Source: Puccinia triticina (lineage: Eukaryota). Taken from it: a stretch of 64,000 bases of DNA. The stretch covers positions 372,001 to 436,000 of the forward strand of contig CP110439.1 in NCBI GenBank assembly GCA_026914245.1. The letters run 5' to 3'. Positions 23,414 to 34,326 of the stretch are shown piece by piece. The notes under the pieces were generated by a model that was not told where the DNA came from, made no database searches, and saw only the letters and a program-made list of their open reading frames with translations. A program made the translations under genes and the position numbers. How positions within the stretch are numbered: the stretch's first letter is position 1; every line of letters starts with the position of its first letter.

Positions 23414-26157
23414 TCTAAGTTTATTAAAACCACAGTTTTGCCAAAAAAAAAAAAATCAAGGGTTCCCCCTATATACAAGCAATCAAAAAAAAGAAAGTAA
23501 AACAAGCTAAATTAATGAACAAACAAACAACACAAATCTTAACTGAAACATATCTACAAAAAAAGCAAAGGATTTAACGAACTCCCAGCCTGTGACATGC
23601 CACAGGTGAAAAGAGACCGGTGTTAACCCGCTCAGCCTGGCGCAAGTGCGTGGGGCAAAAGTCGGGGCTGCAAACCCCTCAGCCGATTGCAAGTGCAATT
23701 AGGGAGGGGGAGGATCACCACCAGTGCTCTGCAAATGCAAGAGCAGGGAGGATCACCTGGGGCATGAACCTTGGTGCAGTAGAAGGCCCCTTATATACTG
23801 AAGAAGCTGTGATTGCAGAGCGCACCATCATCACCTTGGCCCAGAAAGCCACAAGCCACTGTGCCCGTTGCCAGGTGAATACAGTGATTCCTTGCTTGTA
23901 TGTACAGCCCCTCTCACTACCCCTAAGCCAGTGCCACGGCAATCAACAAGGTACATACCAATCTGGCAGGGAGTCGAGCGCTTTGGGAGTCTCGCCAACT
24001 GCTCTGTCAATTTTCTTCGCCTAATACAACCGGCCTTTGTGGCCTTCAATCTAAAGCCGCCTGCGACCACCACCTCTGCGATGCAATCCGCGCCCGCAAC
24101 ATATTCCCGTCTGCCACCAATTTCAACTTGGCCCATCCCGCCGTTCTTGTCAAGACCTCTCTCAGAATATCAAAAATTCTTCGCGCTCCATTGACCACTT
24201 GCTCGGCATCCCAACCAAAAACCCACCTGGCCCATAATCTCAACTACCTCAGCTCCATTGGCGCTGGCACAGCTGCTGCTTTCATATCTTGTCGTAAGTC
24301 TCTAGAGGCCTTCAGTAGGTTGATCTTGTCGGTTCGGGTGGGGTACATGATCTCAAACTGAAGCTAATTCACCCTTTGTAGGATCACTTCGGTCTAGAGC
24401 GGCCGACCGGCTTCCCAGTCAAGCAACATCGAGGGCTTGATGGTCGCCCACTCACCGGCGCGCTCCGTCGACCGCAAGATCTGCTCTATGCTCGCAAACT
24501 CGGCCGGGAACTCCGCGAGCCCAAAGATTTTCAACGCTGCCCCAAATATCTCCCCCATGCATCCCGCTAAATGCTCCCGCAGGCCTCCGTCTTTCACCAT
24601 CTCTGAGGGCGCCATTCCACCGGACAGGATCAAGGTCGGTTTCATGGAAGTACTGCATTTAGTTTTTTCATGTTACATCTTCTTGTCAGTCCCATCTGAT
24701 CTCCTCATAGATCTGCGAAGGGGTCTGATGGACTGACTTGATTTTTAGTTTGTGCCAACGAAGGATCTGGAGCTCTCTTTCGCCATAGATCTTAGCGTCG
24801 TTGATCTGGCCGTGCCGAAAAAGTTTGGCGTGGAGCTTGAGCCGAGTTTGCGAATGGAGCGCAAGTTGAGAGGCGACTGGAGGATGGGGATGGTCGAGAT
24901 AGGGCCCGATACTGATCCGCGTCCATTGGTTATGTCTGACTCAGCCCGGCTGCAGCTGTTCAGCATTGACGACAGTCACGGCGCTGAGGATGAGGACCTG
25001 GGGGTGTCTCTGACAGTGGGCATCCTCGAAGCCGATGCCGTTTTGGATGAGCACCAATGTCGGAGGATGGCGGCCGTCGTTGGGTGTTTTCAAGAGAGGC
25101 GCGAGGAGAGCAGGGTCATCAACCGGTCGGGCAACACCTTTGTGCAGAAAACCACAAAATCCCAGCCGGATCTGCGTCCGGTTCCAGTTCCACTAGCGGG
25201 CCGAGCTCGTCGGCCCGCTTGACCAACTCGAACACCCGCGTTGGCCGGACCCTGTACGTGCCATATGTTTGACTCGAGATCTTGATGCCCTCTGTCTGAA
25301 AGGCTTCTTAGTTTGACCGGCAGACAAAAACACCTTCGCCTCCGCCTCGGGCCCGTGTAGACGCGATCCGTAGAATGCACCCACTGCTCCCGCGCCAACT
25401 GCGCATATCAATCAACCATTCAATGGGTTGTAAGTTTCTGGGATAAGGTATTTACATCTTCTTGATAAACAGTGTGTGTGTAAACTGACCTATGAGTATA
25501 TTAGTCTGAAAAGCTACAATGATCCACTGGAAAACATTCCAGGCGAAAAATTTCCTTTTGCCTACCCTTGGCCTGTTGCTTCTCAGCTTGAAGATAGGCC
25601 TGGTCAAACATCTAGCAAAACAGGATATGAATCTCTCTCTCTCTCAGACCAATCTCATTCCCAAAATCTTTATCACAAATCAGACGGGGTGCAGAAGGCA
25701 TGAGTCTCTGCTGGGCTAATTAGGTGCTAATTCAACATGAGCCCCAGATGGAGATCAACAAAACCCAACACCATAGCATTCACAAGAGTTGTTTGAACAA
25801 TTTTTTTCCCTAATATTGAAGATCCACAAGGATCATTTGTATTGTCCTGCCACCAATACTCCAATTAGCTAAGGGCAGGGAATTGATTGAGAGCACATCA
25901 GTGACAGGGCCCAATACACCATGAGATTGTGAATTTCATGGTTCACTTGTTAATTGAGATGATGAGCAGTTAAGCAGAAGTTGAGAACAACTCAACTTGA
26001 GGGTCAAGTATGATTGGGGACAGTTTGAAGTGGAGATCTACAAAAGAATGCAACTCAAACATTTGGAGATCATATCTTTGGGGTTTTGATTTGGTCAGGG
26101 GGGGCTGTAAAGGTTGGACCCCTGAAAGTGCAGCGGCGTAGCCGCCTTGAACTCTAG
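23414..26157 (+). mobile_element. Non-autonomous Helitron (2744 bp) with captured gene fragment
   Basis: 5' TC after host A23413. 3' hairpin GCGGCGTAGCCGC (26133-26145), then CTAG (26154-57) before host T26158. No TSD. Removing it restores the host exon. Confidence 0.88.
24379..25411 (-). pseudogene. Ketopantoate (2-dehydropantoate 2-) reductase, PanE/ApbA family, pseudogene inside the Helitron
   Basis: ICAVGAGAVGAFYG, LVLIQNGIGFE, WHKL..N, KPSMLLDWEAGRPL*TEVIL. Frameshifts, internal stops and one retained intron (~24655-24735). Confidence 0.85.
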
Positions 26158-28022
26158 TTCAACTGATAGAGAGACTTTTCAATCTGCTTTGATTGTGCGT
26201 GAAGTTCCTCGTATGGTTTGTTTCCATATACATCTTCAAATTGACAAAAAAAAATCATTGAGCTAAATTCCAATATTTCAATCTCAGATTCAATGAATGC
26301 CTTGTCAAAAGTCTGCTTACTATACATATATTCCACAACCTTCTTTTCAATTTCATAAAATCCATCATTGATTTCTTTATCTTATTTTTTCCATTTGATC
26401 AAGTGTTTTTCAAGAAGAATTTGTGATCAAAAAATCAATCCAAATATCTGTTCTTGAAAATTTGATTCTGATCAAAGAAAAAAAAAATTCATTGTGTCCA
26501 CTCACCTTTAATCAATGCAAGATGTTCACTTTCATTTATTATTCCTTGTCTATTTGCAAATTCTTGTGTGTTTTTGTAAAGGGACTCTTCAATGGAAAGC
26601 CAATTTAAGAAATGATGTTTTATGAGTCACAATTGGCATTTCAAATTTCTTGATTTGAATTGAATAAATCCTGCTTACTTAGGAACTGATAAAATTCTCT
26701 GAAAGATGGATCATTCTTTCTCTCTTCAATTGGAATCTCTACATGTTTTCATATTTTGATTCCATTCCAAGAAGATATTGGAATGTCAGAATAAGGAAAT
26801 TTTTGGTGAGCAGGATTCAGGAATGAGAAATGAAAAGACAATTATGTAGCACTTACGCTTTGAGCCATCTTGGGCCTCCCGGGCCAGGAAAAAAGCTGGT
26901 GAAAGAAGTCAGAATTGCTTTTTTTTGCTAAATTATACAATTGAAGGAATGAAGATAAGACTGCTCACGGATTTCACCTATGACAGTATCATGAAATAAT
27001 TTTGTTTCTCTGTTATCTTCAGCAATTCCAGCTTCTTTCAAGGAACCAAAAAATTGGTCTTCACCATCCATGGATGTATCAAGTGTCAATTTTGAATGAT
27101 CCCAAAGTCAATGTTTGAATCAAAAATTCAAAATTTATATTGTGAAAGCCTACTTACCAACAAGCTCAGAATATATTTCTTTTTTTCGTGAATCTGAACT
27201 TTGCTCTTCCAACTTAATTCCTTTATCTTCTGTTTTTTGTTTTGAATATCAATTCATCAAATTTAATTAAGAGAGTTTCTCTTGTATTTTCACAAATGAG
27301 AGATAGGAATTCAATGTTACACTTACTTCTCAAATCTGGATGAGCATTGTGATAATCTGGTTGTTAAACATTGATTATCATAGATGAAGGGTAACAATTC
27401 TTTTTGGAATTTTGGTGGTGTCAAAAACTGACCTTCTGCTTGACCAGAACTTCCAGAACCTGACAAATAATCATCATCAACAATTCACACCAGAAATAAG
27501 GAATAAACTTCCATTTTACTCCATTCAAAACAAATAAAACAAAATAGAAGAAAAGATTGACATACCATCCAATTCCCTGGTTTCCAACCCTCCTTTTCCT
27601 AGAAGGACTTCAGAGGCTAAAAATGATTAAGAATTATTATGAAAATCAAAGCTTAGAAAATTTGATACCATTGTTATCTGAGGGAAAGCTGGCATACTCT
27701 CTGGGTGACCAGCCAAATTCTTGCTGGCTTCTAAGGCTGAAATTTCCTCACCACATCTCTTTACCAAAGCATTTTGAGGTAAAAGCGGATGAGCTGAGAT
27801 GTTGTAGTAGCTTAAGAGCTTGAAGGCAACTAAGATCTTGGTCAAGAGCATCACTGTAGTATGAATGACACAGCTGGAGAAATTATTGTTTGAAAGTTGA
27901 AGTTGTAAGATAATGATACTGAGCAGTGGAATAAACTGGTGAAGAGAGCCAAACCACAGAACCAATGGGCTATTTATAATCTTATTTTCCTCAATATCTC
28001 CCCTGAAATAGCGTGCTAGCAC

Positions 28023-28509
28023 CAACACTGGGTCGCTACGCTAACCATAGCGGTTAGCGTAGCGTAGCGCAGCGCAAATGCGCTATTTTTTAGCGTAGCG
28101 TTAGCGCAATTGCACGCATATGCGCTAACTCTACGCGCACGCGGTGCGCAGCTATTTTAGCTGATAGCGTAGCGTTAGCGCAGATGCGCGCAATTGCGCT
28201 AACGCTAAACATGTAGGGCGCAAAAGAGCGCGCGCTACGCTGCGCTACAGCGCCTTTAGCGGGAAAAAAGGGCTTTTTTTCCGCTAAAAGCGCTGTAGCG
28301 CAGCGCAGCGCAGCGTAGCGACTGTAGCGGCGCGCTAACGCTAACAAAGAATTGGCGCGCTGTTAGCGCCGCTGAAAATTAGCGCAGCGTAGCGGCGCTA
28401 ACAGCGCGCTAACGCTATGCAAGATAGATGGGCGCTTTTTGCCGCTACGCTAACGCGTAGCGCTGAAATAGCGTAGCGTAGCGTAGCGTAGCGTAGCGAC
28501 CCAGTGTTG
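28023..28509. mobile_element. CpG-rich MITE with TAGCG/CGCTA internal repeats
   Basis: TIR CAACACTGGGTCGCTACGCTA ... TAGCGTAGCGACCCAGTGTTG. Target duplication CTAGCAC (28016-22, 28510-16). Confidence 0.9.
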
Positions 28510-29847
28510 CTAGCACAGTAAAATGTTTCACACTTATGTGCTTTTGACCTGACAAGGTAGCCAAGCCTTTTGTCCATGAGACAATCACAAAATTATATTG
28601 ACAATACACAAAACTTGGTTCATCTATCTGACCAAATGTGAGTTTACTTAATATATTATGACCTTGACCTCGCAAGTTGCAGCTATGTATTCCCTTATGA
28701 TAGCAAATTAACACAGTATTGGTGTTTTTTTTTTTTTTGCAGGGATACTTTGAAAATTTGACTGTATTCCCCAAAGCATTTGGGCCAAGAAGTTTCTTCC
28801 CATGTGACTGTTGAAAAGTTGACCTCAGAGAAACAAATCTCAGATATATGCAATCTGAAGTTTACTACAAATACATATGTCCTTGACCTCCTTGAGACAA
28901 TTTGTAAAGTTAGAGCAGTAAATTGACTTGGGCAGACTGTTTTTCAAGGTTTCATCAGTTTAACTTTTGACTTTCAGCCAGACCTTGGAAAGTATGAGGT
29001 TAACTTGTATGCATGTACATAAGTAATCCACAGCGACTCGAACAAACTGCTACGTACTGGTAGTAAAATCCGGCAAGCTTTATCCACCTTGTCTCGGCCC
29101 TTGCTTTTCCTCAAAGGTTGTACAAAAAATGGAGGACTTCCCATCAATCTACAAACCCCTTCCAGACCCAGATCTGAAGCAAAGTTTGCAGGGAAAATCT
29201 AGACTTTGGGGCTCTGGGAGCCTCCCAGATCCCTCCTAGAGTGCGACGGGAAGTGGATGACTTGCCTTCGGATCTGCATCCTTCCCAGATTTCAATTTAC
29301 ACACCCCAATTCTTATTTTTGGCAAAAATGAATGTGTACTCCAAAATTACTCTCGCCAAAGCCTAAAGGTCATTGAGACAATCGAGCCATGGCCTCGACA
29401 AGTGACACAACTGAAACCTATCTGTTTTTGGAGTTGGCGCAGCAAACAGACCCCGCCAAGTACCGTACATACATATGTAGTAGGCATGTCCTCCGCAACG
29501 ACTCGGAAAAACTAGTGCAGTATGTAGTCTCTCACATTGTGCATTAACTACGGCATTTCGATGGGACAATGTTTGCCCTAATCGAATAGGATTCGTCGAC
29601 TGTGGGTGTGTACCATCAGCAGTAACCAATCTGCCGACCAAGCCGGTTCGGCCGGTGACTCGGCAGGTGATATCCGGCAAGATCTGTACATTTCTGCGCG
29701 TTTGCAGCCCCGGCACGCAGCTGCTCGGACCACTATGTCCGGTCGTAGCGGAAGTGCTGAATTCTGGACTGTCTCAAGAAAAGATACCTGAGTATTTTTG
29801 GTATGAGTAGGGTCTCAAGACGACCAACAAAAAGAGAGGGAACAGGG

Positions 29848-32800
29848 TTAAAGATTAGAAGAATTGATTGGTTTCAGGAGGACCATTTTGACTCTCCCGC
29901 GCTGAGTGGAGCGATCCTGTTCGGTCGAGATACCGACAGAGACTTTATCGAAGATACCAATCTTCACCAGACCGCCATCAGTCTGTTCGCGGACGGACGC
30001 CGATTTAGATGATGATCCGGTCTGCCGACTCACGCCGATCTCGTACCGCTCGCCATCGTACTCTTGGTCTTCCTTGAACTTGATCAAGCCTTCCAAGCCA
30101 TACCTGCAATCCAGACAGAGAGAAAGAATATATCAGAAATTGTTATGGTTATGTTGATTGTAGTGGGGATTGAAGGAAAGGATGATGCTGCTTACTCAGA
30201 GACAAATACCGCCAGTCCGTTTCTGAACGTCCGAATGACGAACGCCTCAGCAGTGACGTAAGCTGCCGGAGAGGGCTCAGTGCCAGGGATTGATCGTGGG
30301 ATAGAAGAAGGCGATTTTTGCTGTAGTGTTTGCTGTTTGGCTTTGATAGCAATGGCAACGTAGAATTCAACACTTGCTCGCCCAGCTTTCTGGGCCGCGT
30401 TGTGCCGCTTGTTGATGTTGGTCATGATCTTCTCGACAAACGCCTTGGAGTTCATCGATGTTGGTAGCGGGCCATCAGTGATGGCTGCGTGGAGCTGTCG
30501 ATGAACTAACACGTCTGCATATCGTCGGATCTATAAAAAAAACTGTTTCAGCATTCAAACATTGAGATATTGTTCAAGTTTATTTTTAGAAAAAGAAACA
30601 CATGGGGAGACGAACTGGACTTGTGAAGTGAGTGTAAATTTCACTAGCCAGACCGTAATGACCGAAAGTATCTTTAGAGACCGAGCCTGAGCCAAAGTAC
30701 TCCGCAGGTAACATACAACGGGTAGCCATAATTCTAACCAGCGTATTGAAGGCAGGAATTTTTGGATCCTGCAAGAAAAAAAAACCAAAACAAGTCATCG
30801 AGATAAAGGCAGTCAGTGCTTTCTTGCTCAGATAGAATTCTGTGTTATGTATAGAGGGGAAGCCGGACAACTGACAATACATTTGTCTAATGAACTCGCC
30901 AAGCTAGCTGAGCTTGAGACGTCGAGCTCCAATCCACGTCGCTTGAGTAGAACGTCTTGTAGAACTTCAAAGTTAGTCTTCGGCGGCGGGTTGTGACGTC
31001 TATAAACCCCCAAAGAGAGTACATGATTTTAAGAAGCGAGTTGAGCATAGGAGGAAGGATGTGATTACCTTAAGACAGCGGTCTGAGGGAAAGATTCATA
31101 GATCCGTCTGGCGACGCTAATGTTGGCGAGCAGCATAAACTCCTCTACCAAGCTATTTGTTTCCCTGGATTCTTTCTGCTCGACATCAACCGGATCGCTG
31201 GACTCTGAGGAGCTCATGTGGATCTTGATTTCCGGGGAGGCCAAGTTGAGTGCGCCGTTGTCCATCCGGGCCTTCTTAAGCTGAATGGCCAACTTATTGA
31301 GCAGCCGGATCGACTCCGAGATCTCGTCCTTCAAGCTGCTGTCATCCTTCCGGATCTGTGCGGCCTCATAGGTGAACGCCGCCTTGGATTTGATCACCGA
31401 CTTCGTAAACCGAACCGCCTCGATCTTGCTGTCCTCCTCGCGCAGCTCCCAGATCACCGAAAACGCTAATCGCTCAACATCCGGCCTCAATGAACACAGG
31501 TTGGTCCCTAAGAGCGACGGAAGCATGTCGATCCGTTTGTCGACCAGATATACTGTCGTACCTCTTGAAGCTGCTTCAACATCCATCGGCGTATCAGGCA
31601 AAACGAAATGAGATACGTCGGCAATATCTGTTTAAGGAAGAGAGCCGGGGTGAGCTAAGCTTCAAGGAGTTATTCTCTAGAAGTAGGTTTGCACAAAAAA
31701 AGAAAACATGAAGCTTGACCCACGAACGCCGACTTCAATGTTACCATTGGCTAGTCTCTTTGCGTGCAAAGCATCATCAATATCTTGACAGCCAGGCGGG
31801 TCGATACTACAGACCATCAGATCCCTGAAATCCTCGCGATTATTCCACAAGGGACTCGAGGAGGATTTCTCAGGTACGACCCACTTGTCGCCAGCGGCGG
31901 GTAGACAGTCCAAGATGGCCTTTCCAAAGGGGCGATATGGGATATCATGCTCGAGCAAGAGACTCTCCTGTTCGGTGTCCTTGGACTCGACGATGCCGAG
32001 GGCTCTGACGAAGTGGCCCTCGGGGTACCTCGAGCTAGGCTCCCAGCGATCGATGGAGACGAGGATTTTTTGGTTGGCCAGGGTGGATGCCTGTCTGGTC
32101 CGGATCCGGATCTTGGGCACCGAGCGGGAGAGGGGCATGGCGAAGACCGCATGGGCCGAGAGACTCGATTGGAGGGCTGAGATCGGGATCGAGGCCCGGT
32201 CGATGTGACAGACGTATGGCCTCCAGTTCCGCTTGATCACCCCGACCACTCTGCCCGTCGGCTGGCTGTTGGTCCCTGGGCCAGCCTTCTTGACCGTCTT
32301 GGAGATCGTCCTCGATTCCTTCTGTTCAGCTTCTTCTTCTAGCGAGGAGCCCGCCGATTCTGGGTCCGGATCCTCTGCCGGACCCGCCGCATCCTGCTCG
32401 ACTACGACATCGTCAGTTGAGGATTTCCATTCCTCTCGGGGCAGGAGCTCGACTGCCACCACATCGCCATCGATCGCTCGGTTCATCGACTCTCGCCCGA
32501 TCAAGAGCAGCGGCTTATCGAAAGCATCGTGGAAGATTGAGCCTTCGAGGTAGTTGTACGGGTTGGGTCGGAAGGTACCCTGGAAAAGATGACCTGATTG
32601 GATTCCGCTCTGTAGTTGGCCTAACGGGAGATACTCCTGATAGAAATTGGATTTAGTTTTCTCCTTCTGGGCATTGTTCGGGTCATCTGATTCGAATGCT
32701 GAGCCAGTACTAGCAACCAGATCGAGGAGGAGCTGGGCTGATTCCTGTGCCATATGCTCGACATACTGCTTGGTGGTCGAGGCCAGGATGTGCTGCTGAT

Positions 32801-33530
32801 TGGCTTTGTCGAAATTGGCCCGATCGTCGGTGAGCAGGACAACATCGATCTTGTGGGCAGCGAGGTGGGCCTTGTACCAGGTGCAGACCTCGCGGATGGC
32901 ACGGTCGTTGCGGTCGTTGATCGACTCCTCCGGCTCGCGTCGGACGTGGGTATCGAATCGGCTCTCGTTCCAAAAGACCCATCCCCGGATGAACCTGCCG
33001 GTGGGATCGGTCTCGTTGATGAGGCTCTTGAGCCGGTTGAAGATCGGCAGGGAGCGGTGCCGGACCTCGTCGAGGACGGTCTGGGGGACGATGAGGTCGG
33101 TGCCAAAGCTGGCGGCTTCGAGCAAGTCGATCTGCCTGAGGACGACGTTGGTGTCGAGGACGAGGTAGTGTTTGTTGGTGAATTTGCGATGGCCGGTCCG
33201 TGCGCTCTGGCTCAGCAGGAGTACTTTCCTTCGTTTCTTGGTGCTCTCTGTCTCCTCGATCTCCATCCGGTCGGCCTGGCCAGCGCTGTCTTGAGGGTGG
33301 CGGTGTCCATGGCCGAGTTCGATAGCCGAGAGTATCCGTTGGCAGTCTGCACAGTGGCTCGAGCCGCACGGGATATCGTTGCGGAGGTAGTGTTCCCTGC
33401 ACAGCTTCTGTACTTTCCCGCGGTTGGTCTTCCTGAGGTACTGCTTCTGGGTCACTGCCTCTGCGCCATAGTGTTCGGCTGCGTTCTTGGCGAGGTTGAG
33501 GATGGTGATTGGCGGGTGAGGGTGGACCAT
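29848..33530 (-). CDS. DIS3: Exosome catalytic subunit Dis3/Rrp44
   Basis: [12 protein letters not shown] (CR3 region), PIN domain VLDTNV...[30 protein letters not shown], intron 31723-31628 giving [39 protein letters not shown]. Start at 33530 inferred; the ORF is open to 33671. Confidence 0.95.
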
Positions 33531-33776
33531 CTCGAAGCGTTGCTGGTGGGTGGTGCTGGTCTGAGACGGGCCTCCACTGCTGCCGCTGTGCAATCCCAGG
33601 CAGAGGGATATCCGCCAAACTGCATACAGAACCCCACATGGAGATGTGCAACTTTTTTCAGATTTATACATCCTTCATGGAGAGGAGAGACTATAGCTAC
33701 TACAACTGGAGAAAAAAAATACACACACACAGCAGACTGTATATTCAATCTATATCTCATCAAACCAGAAACAAGC

Positions 33777-34292
33777 AGAAAAGAAAAGAAAAGAAAAGAA
33801 AAGAAAAGAAAAGAAAAGAAAAGAAAAGAAAAGAAAAGAAAAGAAAAGAAAAGAAAAGAAAAGAAAAGAAAAGAAAAGAAAAGAAAAGAAAAGAAAAGAA
33901 AAGAAAAGAAAAGAAAAGAAAAGAAAAGAAAAGAAAAGAAAAGAAAAGAAAAGAAAAGAAAAGAAAAGAAAAGAAAAGAAAAGAAAAGAAAAGAAAAGAA
34001 AAGAAAAGAAAAGAAAAGAAAAGAAAAGAAAAGAAAAGAAAAGAAAAGAAAAGAAAAGAAAAGAAAAGAAAAGAAAAGAAAAGAAAAGAAAAGAAAAGAA
34101 AAGAAAAGAAAAGAAAAGAAAAGAAAAGAAAAGAAAAGAAAAGAAAAGAAAAGAAAAGAAAAGAAAAGAAAAGAAAAGAAAAGAAAAGAAAAGAAAAGAA
34201 AAGAAAAGAAAAGAAAAGAAAAGAAAAGAAAAGAAAAGAAAAGAAAAGAAAAGAAAAGAAAAGAAAAGAAAAGAAAAGAAAAGAAAAGAAAA
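33777..34292. repeat. Perfect (AGAAA)n pentanucleotide microsatellite, ~103 units
   Basis: Uninterrupted repeat over 516 nt. Confidence 0.98.
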
Positions 34293-34326
34293 CGGGTTGA
34301 GGGTTACATAGAGAGATGAACGCTTC

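Larger units (their letters stand above)
22818..27851 (-). pseudogene. Secreted-protein family gene, copy 2, disrupted by Helitron
   Basis: Start MLLTKILVAFKLLSYYNISAHPLLPQNALVKRC at 27851. 3' exon QKDCIEDILK..MGLLEYKNLK is homologous to copy 1. The exon SLYQLN^KR is split by the 23414-26157 insertion. Confidence 0.8.

Noticed and set aside
23580..24370. Several overlapping ORFs inside the Helitron as a RepHel or second gene
   Set aside because: No HUH/Rep or helicase motifs and all frames are interrupted; left as unassigned cargo.
28090..28347. Ala/Arg-rich ORF and CRISPR-like appearance of TAGCG repeats
   Set aside because: Interior of a TIR/TSD-bounded MITE; no constant repeat plus unique spacer periodicity, and the context is eukaryotic.
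32621..33651. 313-aa and 161-aa alternative-frame ORFs inside DIS3
   Set aside because: Shadow frames caused by high GC3 codon usage; no recognisable motifs.
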